DNA of 64,000 bases. Origin: Oligoflexus sp. FD111. GTDB taxonomy: Bacteria > Bdellovibrionota_B > Oligoflexia > Oligoflexales > Oligoflexaceae. The translations under genes were made by a program, and so were the position numbers. Positions 1-8,818 of the stretch are shown in pieces; positions within the stretch are counted from its first letter, which is position 1; the number at the start of each line of letters is the position of its first letter. The notes beneath the pieces are model-generated. The model was given only the letters and a program-made list of their open reading frames with translations, was not told the DNA's origin and ran no database searches. Location: NCBI GenBank assembly GCA_048816425.1, contig JBMDZZ010000028.1, forward strand, positions 24,766 through 88,765, given 5' to 3'.

Positions 1-3
1 GGA

Positions 4-3000
4 TTGGGAAACCTTCAATTTAGAAATTCCCCACAGACCATTGATCTCTATTCACATAGACACCGGCTTCTGGACATCACAAATAAATCTCTCTATTTTA
101 TTGATATCAATAAGAATGGATATAAAGATATTGTTGCTTTAAGTGAAAGTTATCCCAATATTCTCTATTTTAATGGTGAAGCCTTTACCGAGTACGAGCA
201 ATATGATTTTTTTGATAGCTTTTCTAGAAGTATCTTTACCTTATTAAATATCGATGGCACTCAACTCCCCGAAATTGTACAAGCAGCACGAAATGGGACA
301 GTTAGCTATGTTGATTTTGATCGCCCTGAAGTAGGGAAGCCGAAATTTATTGACGATGGGTATGGTAATCGTCTCAGTTTTACCTGGGATCTTCATACCC
401 CTGTTCCATATGTTGGAAAAACTGCAGTAATTAGCCAATTGATTAAATCATCTAATGGCCAGGATAATTTTTCTACTGTTTATTCATATCATGAACCCCA
501 AATTTCTAGTGAATCTCCCAGGCTCTTAGGTTTTCGCTTGGTAGAAGAAAAAAATGACTTAACACTTTCGCAAGTTACTTATAAGAATTTTGAACATCAA
601 GCTCCTATTGTTGAAAAAACAATTACCAAGGATCAACTTCACAAAAGTGAATTTGAAAAATATGAAGAATTCAAGTTTATATTTGGTGACTATAATGGTG
701 TAAATTTTCAAATTGTTAGTGAAAAAACAGAAGGTTTATCACAGGCTCCCCAGAAGGTCTCGTCGCGGCAGACTTTCCAATACAATGACCACCTTTGCCT
801 AATTGCACATCAACAGATTCATGACAATTCGACATTAACCACTATCCTTAATTACAAGGACAGTATTGATTTAAATCAGCATCCCAAATGTATTTGGGAA
901 AGCAAACAACTAAGTGGAAAACATACAAGACGAGATTATGACTTTGATTACCACCTCAAGGTCAAAAGAAATAATTTTGATCAAATTCAATTAGTTTCAA
1001 TTGGTGACGGAAAAAATTGGATAGACCTTCAGGAGCTTGAATATTCCGACAATGGATTGATGAAAAGCTTAAAAGAACCAACAGGAATCGTTAAGCATTT
1101 TAAATACGAAGAAGAAACACAATTTATTACAGAAATTACCGATAGCCGTGGATATTCTGAGAAAGCAGCACTTGACGAAACTGGCGAGCGTTTATTACAA
1201 ATCAGTCAATTAAATGGATCAACTGACTATACACAACATTTTGGCTATGATGATTATTATCGATTGAATAAGATTTGGGATAATATCTCACAAACTACAA
1301 TGTCAGATCCACTCATCCAATATATTTATCGAAATGCAAGTGATAGTCATCCAGGATATATATCAAGCGCAAAAAAGCTCGATGACTTTGTTAAAAAGCA
1401 AGATGTTCAACTTTTTGAAAGTAATGGAGAGCTAATTACCCAATTCCAAAAGCATGATAATTTTTGGATCGCAAATGAAGTTTTTGACAACAATACACTC
1501 GCTGCCAGCTCTACAACTCGTCAAAGTTTTGCTGTATTTGACGATTTCTCGACATTAGATAAGCAAAATTTAATAAACTCTTCTGCTATAAAAAACACAG
1601 CCCGTTCAAATCCTATACTTGGCACAATAGCAGGCGCCCACACTGTTGAGCAGGGAAAACTTAAGTCCCAGAAGTTTACCTATAGGCTTGCCGACAACCG
1701 ACTTGAAGTAACTGAAAAGATCAATGATCTGCATAGCATTATCCGTTCTTTCGATAAAAATGGCAACTTAACCTCACTGACCGATCAAGAGAAAGCAACT
1801 TTCAAATATGAGTATGATGCTCTCGGACGAATTCGTTACTATGTAAGTCCCAAAGGTCATATTCATAGCGTAAATTTTGACAGTTTTGGTCGAATTGCTG
1901 AAAACACTCGCAAAAATCTCACCAGTGTTCGATATCGATATAAGAACGATTCTACTTTACTTCAAAAGAAAGAATATTTAGATAGAAATGAGAATCTCAG
2001 CCGCACGGTAGAATTCAAATATGACAGTAATGGTCGAATTACAAATCAACTAAATTCAAATTCGACATCAACCGAAGATTTCAGCTTTTACTATGACGGA
2101 CAAACGTCATCTGGCACAAAGATCGATGATCAGATTGGTTTTTTGACAGAAGAAAAAGGTAGCAACTACCAAATCATCAATGATTATCGTGCTGATGGCA
2201 AACTTAAAAAGCAAACTTTAAATCTCTTAGGTAAATATAGCGTCACCCGTCACTATAACTATATGCTTGACGGTAGTCTTAAAGCCGAAAATTTTTTCAT
2301 CGAAAATAAAATAAATGGTAAACGCGTAAAACTTGGACAAGAGTACAAACTCAACACTGATGGTAAACCAAAGCTTATCCATTTGAGTGACGGAACGATA
2401 TTACACATTTTTTATAATGAACAGGGTGACTTAGAAGCAATTGGTCCGTTAGATGATCCTAGCCAAGTAAAATTCGATCCTATAACAAAAAAAATAAAAT
2501 CAATTCAAACTAAGAATAGCTCCTATTCTATCTCGTTTAATACCTTTGGAAATATTGATTTTGAAGAGTTTCAGGTATCTGGCAAAAACAAAAAACGGGA
2601 CTATGATTATAGTGCGAGAGATTTTTTAATATCAGATCATCTGGATACAGAAGATAGCCACTATAGCTATGATTTAGATGGATTGTCGGACGACGAAGAG
2701 TTCCAAAGCTTTAGCATATCAAATATTGACGCTTTAGGTCGGTTAACGAAAAAAAATGGCTGGAAGTTAAAATACGGTCCCGATTCTAATTTGCAAAGCG
2801 CCAGCAAAAATGACGAACATATTGAATTTATCTACGACAGCAACGGGCAAAGACTAGCTAAGTTGAAGAATGATAAGATCTCGTATGTGAAGTGGGGAAA
2901 TCTTTTAATCTATGATGATAAGCCTTACTTGACCATAAAGTTTAATGGTCTTTTGCTTGGTCTTGTCACCGAAGATGAGTTTAAGCCTCTCAATTCCGAT

Positions 3001-3885
3001 ATACGCGGCACGCCGTTTTCTGATTTAAATGGAGAACTTGATCTAGCTAATCCTTGGGGTCTGCGTTCAAAGGCAAATTTCTCTCATGAAATATTGAATT
3101 TTGTGGCTCAAGGACTTGACGCTGACTTGAGGTTGGTGAGGTTCGGGGTACGGGATTATGATCCCGAAATGCTTTCTTTCACTAGTCCTGATCCACTTTT
3201 TCTAGAAAATCTTGAATTGTGTATTGAAAGTCCGATTGAATGTAATTTGTATTCGTATGCGCAGAATAATCCGCTGAAATATACTGACTCAACTGGAATG
3301 TGTACTTCATGTTATGAAGGAAGTCGCCTTCCAGAACACAACCCTGTCGCTATAGCAAATAAGCAAGCGCTAATAGAGTTGCTGTCGCTTGATATATTGG
3401 CGATAGCCTTAAATGAAAGTGAAACGGCGGAAAGAAGAGCTACAGCAAGTCTAGTTTTAGCTTTCGAGGTTGGATTTGGTGCTAAAGCTGTTGGAAAACT
3501 TAGCTCCGCTGGAATGGCACTGATAGACAATGCGGCAGCAAAATTCAGTCGGAATAGCCAGTATGTCCCAGATGCGCCTCTTCTCATGCAGAGAGTTAAA
3601 GGGCAGGATATCCCTTTGCCTGATTCACGTGCTCAAGGTGCATCTCATACGGTTTTAGGAGGAAGAGTTGGGGGTGATGGGGTAAAATATAGACAATCTG
3701 CGACTTTTAGTGGATCAAGTTGGCCTCGTGCCAATAACCAGGATGTTCCATTGAGCCGGGTTGATTGGAGTAATCATGGGCGCCCACATGATCACCCTGA
3801 TGTTCATCAGCATATCTTTTCCTTCGATCGTCAAAACAATATGTGGAAAGAAGGGCCGCCAGCACATTTTTGGAAGGGGAATTAA
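4..3885 (+). CDS. RHS/YD-repeat polymorphic toxin, C-terminal 1293 aa (5' end lies outside the window)
   Basis: ORF is open at the window edge. YD-type repeats are present (FKYEYDALGRI, FKYDSNGRI, YSYDLDGL). The RHS core terminus reads RFGVRDYDPEMLSFTSPDPL...YSYAQNNPLKYTDSTGM and is followed by a 194-aa non-repeat tail (3301-3882). Confidence 0.9.
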   Translation: MGNLQFRNSPQTIDLYSHRHRLLDITNKSLYFIDINKNGYKDIVALSESYPNILYFNGEAFTEYEQYDFFDSFSRSIFTLLNIDGTQLPEIVQAARNGTVSYVDFDRPEVGKPKFIDDGYGNRLSFTWDLHTPVPYVGKTAVISQLIKSSNGQDNFSTVYSYHEPQISSESPRLLGFRLVEEKNDLTLSQVTYKNFEHQAPIVEKTITKDQLHKSEFEKYEEFKFIFGDYNGVNFQIVSEKTEGLSQAPQKVSSRQTFQYNDHLCLIAHQQIHDNSTLTTILNYKDSIDLNQHPKCIWESKQLSGKHTRRDYDFDYHLKVKRNNFDQIQLVSIGDGKNWIDLQELEYSDNGLMKSLKEPTGIVKHFKYEEETQFITEITDSRGYSEKAALDETGERLLQISQLNGSTDYTQHFGYDDYYRLNKIWDNISQTTMSDPLIQYIYRNASDSHPGYISSAKKLDDFVKKQDVQLFESNGELITQFQKHDNFWIANEVFDNNTLAASSTTRQSFAVFDDFSTLDKQNLINSSAIKNTARSNPILGTIAGAHTVEQGKLKSQKFTYRLADNRLEVTEKINDLHSIIRSFDKNGNLTSLTDQEKATFKYEYDALGRIRYYVSPKGHIHSVNFDSFGRIAENTRKNLTSVRYRYKNDSTLLQKKEYLDRNENLSRTVEFKYDSNGRITNQLNSNSTSTEDFSFYYDGQTSSGTKIDDQIGFLTEEKGSNYQIINDYRADGKLKKQTLNLLGKYSVTRHYNYMLDGSLKAENFFIENKINGKRVKLGQEYKLNTDGKPKLIHLSDGTILHIFYNEQGDLEAIGPLDDPSQVKFDPITKKIKSIQTKNSSYSISFNTFGNIDFEEFQVSGKNKKRDYDYSARDFLISDHLDTEDSHYSYDLDGLSDDEEFQSFSISNIDALGRLTKKNGWKLKYGPDSNLQSASKNDEHIEFIYDSNGQRLAKLKNDKISYVKWGNLLIYDDKPYLTIKFNGLLLGLVTEDEFKPLNSDIRGTPFSDLNGELDLANPWGLRSKANFSHEILNFVAQGLDADLRLVRFGVRDYDPEMLSFTSPDPLFLENLELCIESPIECNLYSYAQNNPLKYTDSTGMCTSCYEGSRLPEHNPVAIANKQALIELLSLDILAIALNESETAERRATASLVLAFEVGFGAKAVGKLSSAGMALIDNAAAKFSRNSQYVPDAPLLMQRVKGQDIPLPDSRAQGASHTVLGGRVGGDGVKYRQSATFSGSSWPRANNQDVPLSRVDWSNHGRPHDHPDVHQHIFSFDRQNNMWKEGPPAHFWKGN

Positions 3886-4352
3886 TGAATTCAGCGATCT
3901 TTATTCTAGCTAATAGACCGCGTATTCCTGAACTTAAAGAATCAGCAATATATTTTGACTTGGAAGGGAAATCATATTTACAAGAAATTAACTATGTATG
4001 GAACAATTTAATAGTAATGAAAACTGATATTTTGCCTGATTGGCTTATAAAAAAGCTCCCAAAAGAGCTAATAGAAAACACTAAAGTTTATCTGGTAGAT
4101 AATCACTTTGCTGACTTACTTGAAAACAGTGTGAATAATCAAAGTGCTGATGATGCTAATCAATCTCTTGAACTTGTTTATGAAATTATTAATTCGTCGA
4201 ATGTGTGGGGTTTAGTGTTTTTAGAAAACTGGGATTCTGTTAAGGAAATTAAGGCTTTAAATAGTAATGAAGCTCTTGAAGAGCTTAAAAAGTCTTTGAA
4301 TTGGAATAATGAAAGATTTGGCTTTGCCTATTATCAATTAGAACAAAGCTAG
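3885..4352 (+). CDS. putative cognate immunity protein for the upstream RHS toxin tail
   Basis: ATG at 3885 overlaps the RHS stop codon (TAATG). The product is 155 aa with no signal peptide. The role is inferred only from its position immediately after an RHS toxin tail. Confidence 0.5.
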   Translation: MNSAIFILANRPRIPELKESAIYFDLEGKSYLQEINYVWNNLIVMKTDILPDWLIKKLPKELIENTKVYLVDNHFADLLENSVNNQSADDANQSLELVYEIINSSNVWGLVFLENWDSVKEIKALNSNEALEELKKSLNWNNERFGFAYYQLEQS

Positions 4353-4639
4353 CTGTACTGTCCGAGTAGGGGTGTCACAAACCAGGTCAAAAATTGGAAT
4401 GGTTCTAAACTCGGCCATTTCTTGACTGCTAAATTGAATTTTCGCCTTTCCTTCGCTTTAGTAGGCTGATACCCAAATCGGGAAGGTTTTAAAATGACCT
4501 TTTTGTCAATCTCTCTTGTCTGAAGCATAAGCTTGCTACTAGCTTAAAATACAATAAAAAGTCCCTGGTAAAAATTTCGACTTCCACCTAGGTAACTACA
4601 TATCTCAACGGGCTGGCCTGGATGTCCCGAAATTGTTTC

Positions 4640-4667
4640 TTGACTGTACACTTAAAGAGTGTACAAT
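4640..4667 (+). promoter_or_regulatory. sigma70-like promoter with embedded palindromic operator upstream of a HigBA-like module
   Basis: TTGACT (4640-4645) and TACAAT (4662-4667) are separated by 16 nt. A perfect inverted repeat TGTACAC-N7-GTGTACA (4645-4651 / 4659-4665) spans the spacer. Confidence 0.5.
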
Positions 4668-4695
4668 TCATCTTGATAGGAATGCAGGAGTCGCA

Positions 4696-4957
4696 TGGTA
4701 GTTGTTGAAATCTTTAAGAAAGGCCCCTCAGCATATTGTCCTCTAAAATGAAAGCTTGGATTGAGATGGTCGAACATGATGGTCTAGTTGAAGCTAGAAG
4801 AATTCCTGGTTTCCACGATGAGCCACTTAGAGGTGAGTAAAAGGGAAAACGATCGATTCGATTATCGAAACAATGGCGAGCAATTTATTCAATTGTGAAT
4901 GAAAAGATTGAGTTTGTTTTACTAGAAAAGGTAACGCCCCATGAGTACAAAAAGTAA
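4696..4957 (+). pseudogene. RelE/HigB-family toxin gene, disrupted by a frameshift and an in-frame stop
   Basis: ATG 4696 reads MVVVEIFKK, then the frame must shift near 4715-4722. The second frame reads ...IPGFHDEPLRGE*KGKRSIRLSKQWRAIYSIVNEKIEFVLLEKVTPHEYKK, with TAA at 4838-4840. The pattern G..KG..SIRL..QWR..Y is RelE/HigB-like. The 3' end overlaps the antitoxin start by 17 nt. Confidence 0.65.
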
Positions 4958-5264
4958 GGCAATGAATGCTCTAGAAGGCATGACTGGTGGCCCATTAACT
5001 CTTGGTGAATTGCTTTGCTCGATTCGTGAAGGCGAGGAGATGACTATTACGGTTTTTGCCGAAAATCTGGGTATTTCTAGATCGCATCTTAACGATATTG
5101 AGAAGGGTAATAAGTCTGTTAGTCCTCAAAAGGCTGCTGAATATGCTCAGATTTTAGGATATAGCGAACAACAATTCGTTCGGCTAGCCCTACAAGATTT
5201 ACTTAATAGGTATGAGCTGCCTTATTTAGTAGAAGTGACGAAAATGAAATCTAAAAAGGCTTAG
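4941..5264 (+). CDS. XRE-family HTH antitoxin (HigA-like)
   Basis: 107 aa. The HTH segment is TITVFAENLGISRSHLNDIEKGNKSVSPQKAAEYAQILG. It lies directly downstream of, and overlaps, the toxin remnant. Confidence 0.75.
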   Translation: MSTKSKAMNALEGMTGGPLTLGELLCSIREGEEMTITVFAENLGISRSHLNDIEKGNKSVSPQKAAEYAQILGYSEQQFVRLALQDLLNRYELPYLVEVTKMKSKKA

Positions 5265-5269
5265 CGCCG

Positions 5270-5620
5270 GTGCTTTGCAGAAGCAGATTCGGGGCAGCAT
5301 GCAGTGAAAGTATTGGTTGGATTCACTCAAGTCTGAATGAAGCTGAAAGTCACCGGTGATGTACGCAAGAATCCGATTCGCAAGCTATTGCTGCGCAATC
5401 ATTCCAAGCTGAAAGCATTTGAACGTCGAGCCGTCCGGAAGTGGCTTGAGCTTTACCCTGAAGTGAAAGAGGTCTACGAGACGAAAGAGTTGGTTTGCGC
5501 CTATTCTTGTATCCGTAAGAGCAAAAGGGCTGAAAAGAACATTCGTTGGTCGAGATCATTCTCGTCCCAAGTCAAAATAAAGCCGTCACTTTGTGGGTGA
5601 TTTCAGACGGACTAAATGTG
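5270..5620 (+). pseudogene. ISL3-family transposase remnant (internal/C-terminal pieces only)
   Basis: Translated pieces WIHSSLNEA and VRKNPIRKLLLRNHSKLKAFERRAVRKWLELYPEVKEVYETKE resemble the central region of ISL3 transposases. There is no intact N-terminus and the frame is broken. The 3' flank CTTTGTGGGTGATTT resembles the flank of the second remnant near 22091. Confidence 0.55.
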
Positions 5621-5683
5621 GCGGTTAGTAATTCTTAACTATTTGATAAAGTTAATAAATCTTTGAATTGCTTCGAGATACCA

Positions 5684-5769
5684 CATAAAAAGCGAATTTA
5701 TCCTCGACACAAAAAGCGAATATTAATACAACATAAAAAGCGAATAATCGCACAGCATAAAGAGCGAGA
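5684..5769 (+). repeat. four direct repeats CA(T/C)AAA(A/G)AGCGA(A/G) at exact 24-bp spacing, immediately upstream of the Fic gene
   Basis: Copies start at 5684 (CATAAAAAGCGAAT), 5708 (CACAAAAAGCGAAT), 5732 (CATAAAAAGCGAAT) and 5756 (CATAAAGAGCGAGA). The last copy ends about 10 nt before the ATG at 5779. Confidence 0.85.
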
Positions 5770-5778
5770 AATTCCACG

Positions 5779-7299
5779 ATGGTAAAGCCCTCTGATAAAT
5801 TATCGGAATCCTTGGGAATTCTTCACAGACTACAAACCCAGGACAAGATCGTTATTCGCTCTAGCGATCTGACTAGGACTCATAGAGAGCGCCTCTGCAA
5901 GCATGGATTTCTGCAAGAGGTCATCAGCGGATGGTATATTCCTTCCCGACCAAATGAGCCGGCAGGAGAAAGTACGGCTTGGTATACCTCTTTTTGGCAT
6001 TTTTGTGCTTCCTATCTGCAATTTCTGAAAGGCGACGACTGGTGCCTTTCGCCAGAACAGTCACTTTCTCTGCATGTAGAAAACTGGACAGTGCCTCCGC
6101 AGCTACTAGTGCGTGCGACGAAAGCTAGAAATAACGTCACTTCGTTGCCCCATGGCACGTCTATGTTGGTGATCCGCTCTATCATGCCGGCAAGCAATGA
6201 TATTGTTGAAAAAAATGGCTTACGATTGTTTTCATTGCCAGCAGCGCTTGTAAACTGTTCACCTAGCTTTTTCCAGCAGAATCCAACGGATGCTAGAGCA
6301 GCTTTATTGATCATGCGAGATGTTTCTGAAATCTTGAAAAAACTATTGGAAGGTGGGCACAGCACGGTTGCCGGTCGTCTTGCGGGTGCATTTCGAAGTA
6401 TTGGCCGAGAACGGGAAGCAAATGAGATTGTTCAGACTATGCGGGCAGCCGGATATGATATTAGAGAGAGCGATCCATTTGAAATACCAACTCGGCAAAT
6501 CATGTTACCTCCTAGAGGGGAGTCGCCGCTTGTCAGTCGCTTGCGCCTAATGTGGCAAGATATGCGCGAACCGATCATAAGCCGTTTTCCTAAAGCCCCG
6601 GGTCTTCCTAAAGACATGCATGGATATTTGAATCAGGTCGAGGAAATGTATGCCTCTGATGCCTACAACTCGTTATCGATTGAAGGTTACCGAGTAAATC
6701 CTGAGCTCATCGACAGGGTTCGTGATGGTAACTGGAATCCAATAGGTAATGAGCAGGACCGGGAGCATTCCAATGCTCTTGCAGCACGAGGTTACTGGCT
6801 GGCTTATCAGGCAGTAAAGGAAAGCATTGCGAAGATTCTTAAAGGTGAAAATTCTGGTGCCGTTGTCGATATGGATCATGGAACTTGGTACCGAGAAATG
6901 TTCGCTCCCACTGTGATGGCTGGATTAATGCGTCCAGCAGATCTAGCAGGTTATCGCAATGGGCCAGTCTACATCCGCCAGTCAATGCATGTTCCACCGA
7001 GCCGAGAAGCTGTACGAGATGCAATGTCAGCATTTTTTGACCTTCTGAAAGCTGAGTCAGAGGCAAGTGTTCGAGTCGTACTTGGACATTTTATCTTTGT
7101 CTATATCCATCCCTATTTCGATGGGAATGGCCGTATAGGTCGTTTTTTGATGAATACTATGACGGCAAGCGGCGGATATCCATGGATTGTAGTTCCTCTG
7201 GAAAAGCGTCATCAATATATGGCGGCGTTGGAAGAAGCTAGCGTTGGTAGGAATATTGAGCCATTTGCAGATTTTCTGGCTCGTTTGGCGGAAAGCTAA
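5779..7299 (+). CDS. Fic/DOC-family protein (class II type, internal inhibitory motif) with an AbiEi-like/wHTH N-terminal region
   Basis: The Fic motif is HPYFDGNGRIGR. The upstream sequence YNSLSIEGY fits the S-x-x-x-E-G inhibitory-helix motif. The N-terminal segment LHRLQTQDKIVIRSSDL...LCKHGFLQEVISGWYIP looks like an AbiEi-type wHTH. Confidence 0.85.
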   Translation: MVKPSDKLSESLGILHRLQTQDKIVIRSSDLTRTHRERLCKHGFLQEVISGWYIPSRPNEPAGESTAWYTSFWHFCASYLQFLKGDDWCLSPEQSLSLHVENWTVPPQLLVRATKARNNVTSLPHGTSMLVIRSIMPASNDIVEKNGLRLFSLPAALVNCSPSFFQQNPTDARAALLIMRDVSEILKKLLEGGHSTVAGRLAGAFRSIGREREANEIVQTMRAAGYDIRESDPFEIPTRQIMLPPRGESPLVSRLRLMWQDMREPIISRFPKAPGLPKDMHGYLNQVEEMYASDAYNSLSIEGYRVNPELIDRVRDGNWNPIGNEQDREHSNALAARGYWLAYQAVKESIAKILKGENSGAVVDMDHGTWYREMFAPTVMAGLMRPADLAGYRNGPVYIRQSMHVPPSREAVRDAMSAFFDLLKAESEASVRVVLGHFIFVYIHPYFDGNGRIGRFLMNTMTASGGYPWIVVPLEKRHQYMAALEEASVGRNIEPFADFLARLAES

Positions 7300-7321
7300 G
7301 CTGGTATTGATTAACTTCAGC

Positions 7322-7483
7322 GTGACAGGGGACATTCGTTGCGTTGGACGAACAGCACATACGGCTAAACTTCAAGCTAATGATAGTTACAAGCTTGTAG
7401 GGCTGGACGAGCAGGACATGGTATTGACAGTGATATGCCGGTTATCAACACAGACTGGTGTACTTATCATTACCGTATATTAG
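7322..7483 (+). CDS. 54-codon ORF (GTG start) just upstream of an MqsA-like HTH gene; possible short or decayed toxin partner
   Basis: It ends 12 nt before ATG 7496, and the stop-proximal TAGGAG could serve as the RBS of the next gene. The C-terminus ...MVLTVICRLSTQTGVLIITVY is beta-strand-like, as in small RNase toxins. There is no ATG start and the upstream part of the reading frame overlaps the Fic 3' end. Confidence 0.2.
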   Translation: MTGDIRCVGRTAHTAKLQANDSYKLVGLDEQDMVLTVICRLSTQTGVLIITVY

Positions 7484-7495
7484 GAGATCGACTTT

Positions 7496-7909
7496 ATGAG
7501 TACTTTCAAAACAATCCATTACACACTTTGTGGGCTTGAATATGTCTACATTATCAATGCTCCGATTGGTATTGATGAAGGAGAAGAGTACATTGACCTT
7601 CCTCCTGAACAAATTGATAGGATGATTGCCGCTGAAATTGTCCGTCAAGGCGTACCAATCCGTGGTCGGGAGGTTCTATTTTTGCGGAAGGCTCTCAAGA
7701 TGAACCGCAATCAGTGGGCTGAAAAGCTGGGTGTAACAGCCTCAGGTATTTTGAGATGGGAGCAGGGTAACGACAAGCGCCTTTCCAAAATCAATGAAGT
7801 CGCGATTAGGATGCTGTGTGCTGAGGAATTAGGAGTCGAGCTTGAAGGCAAGTGGTCAGCAGTTGTTACGGGAAATGATCTGCCGGTACGGTTGGAGGTT
7901 GCGGCATAG
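7496..7909 (+). CDS. XRE-type HTH protein with MqsA-like antitoxin architecture
   Basis: 137 aa. An N-terminal beta-rich region is followed by the HTH segment REVLFLRKALKMNRNQWAEKLGVTASGILRWEQGN. It is a paralogue of the 22394-22852 product. Confidence 0.6.
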   Translation: MSTFKTIHYTLCGLEYVYIINAPIGIDEGEEYIDLPPEQIDRMIAAEIVRQGVPIRGREVLFLRKALKMNRNQWAEKLGVTASGILRWEQGNDKRLSKINEVAIRMLCAEELGVELEGKWSAVVTGNDLPVRLEVAA

Positions 7910-7922
7910 ACTATAAATTTTG

Positions 7923-7954
7923 AAAAGACCCGCTGTTTCTTGACTGGTCTTTTT
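7923..7954 (+). terminator. possible rho-independent terminator
   Basis: The stem AAAAGACC (7923-7930) pairs with GGTCTTTT (7946-7953). The loop is 15 nt and the right arm runs into a T-tract (TCTTTTT). It lies 14 nt after the 7909 stop. Confidence 0.45.
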
Positions 7955-7990
7955 AATTCTGTTTTATCTTTCTGATATGATTATAATTTT

Positions 7991-8165
7991 TGGAGGAGGT
8001 GGCGGAAGTCGAAGACTAAATAGTGCATCGGAAAATTTAAGTGATAACTATTAGTTACGCAATCAAAACAGAAACTTAGCTGCTCTGAGATGATCTCACA
8101 AGTTTCCCCTATTTTCCTCAGCTTCTCCGGAAGATGTTCGTGATTTGTTCGCGAAACCAATAGTT
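7991..8165 (-). repeat. ~175-bp repeat, copy 1, ending in a tRNA-Ala/tmRNA-like 3' fragment (att-like scar)
   Basis: The minus strand of 7991-8013 reads TTCGACTTCCGCCACCTCCTCCA: T-loop, 3' T-stem, the acceptor 3' strand CACCTCC with a U70-type T, a discriminator and CCA. There is no 5' T-stem or 5' acceptor strand. The adjacent ~150 nt align by eye with 22213-22360 through the shared blocks GAAGACTAAAT, AAACTTAGCTGCTCT and GATGTTCGT.ATTTGTTCGCGA. Confidence 0.6.
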
Positions 8166-8295
8166 CCGTCAGCTTTTTGCTCAAGAGTTTCTGAAAACCA
8201 TCCAATACCGGGGTGATTGTTTCGCTTATTTCGTATATTTCTAATATTGCGAATAATCGCGATGCCTCTTAAAAATCGCCACCAGGAGTTTAACA

Positions 8296-8754
8296 ATGCA
8301 AGCTTTGGAGATAATGGCTCCGAGTCCCGAAGAAAGAAAAAAGGCCGAGCAAGCGCTCCAAGCATTGGTGCCACTCCTTAAGGTCTTGAATAAAGATTCT
8401 TCATTGTCATTGACCTTTACGAATGACGGAAAGCAGCGGAACGTAGGGATCCCAATGGCTGCTTTTGTCATGTTTGAAGAAATATTGCGCTGTATGTCCG
8501 AGGGCCAAGCCATAACGTTGATTCCCCAGAATAAGTATTTCACGACTCAAGAAGCTGCCGATTTTTTAAATGTCTCAAGGCCCTATGTTGTGAAGCTTCT
8601 GGAGAAAGGTGAGATTCCTTTCGTAAAGATCGGCAAGCATCGTAGGGTAAAAGCTACTGACTTATTTGACTATGCGAAAAAGCAGAACTTGCAGACCGAG
8701 CAAAGCTTAGAAGAACTGGCGAAAACAGCACAAGACTTAGATATGGGTTACTGA
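8296..8754 (+). CDS. excisionase-family (MerR-like) HTH protein, antitoxin-like, with no partner toxin
   Basis: YFTTQEAADFLNVSRPYVVKLLEKGEIPFVKIGKHRRVKATDLFDY is the excisionase-type HTH. The C-terminus is EELAKTAQDLDMGY. Only a 22-codon ORF (MQHVLTARVA...) follows where a PIN-type toxin usually sits. Confidence 0.65.
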   Translation: MQALEIMAPSPEERKKAEQALQALVPLLKVLNKDSSLSLTFTNDGKQRNVGIPMAAFVMFEEILRCMSEGQAITLIPQNKYFTTQEAADFLNVSRPYVVKLLEKGEIPFVKIGKHRRVKATDLFDYAKKQNLQTEQSLEELAKTAQDLDMGY

Positions 8755-8818
8755 TGCAGCATGTACTTACTGCAAGAGTGGCCATGGCATGGTTGTGGGT
8801 TAAAACCACATACGTCGG

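Noticed and set aside
5337-5600. The 87-aa ORF as a functional small gene.
   Set aside because: The sequence is an internal piece of an ISL3 transposase without catalytic regions, so I treated it as a remnant.
5684-5769. The phased repeats could have been a mini CRISPR array.
   Set aside because: The repeat units are 14 nt with 10-nt gaps, far too short for repeat-spacer units. There are no cas genes, and the position fits an operator or iteron array.
7991-8374. A complete tmRNA or tRNA gene on the minus strand (likewise at 22190-22393).
   Set aside because: Only the T-loop-to-3'-end segment is present. There is no 5' T-stem half (GCGGA/GCGGG) adjacent, no 5' acceptor strand, and no convincing tag reading frame. 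Copy 2 is followed within 200 nt by a protein-coding gene.
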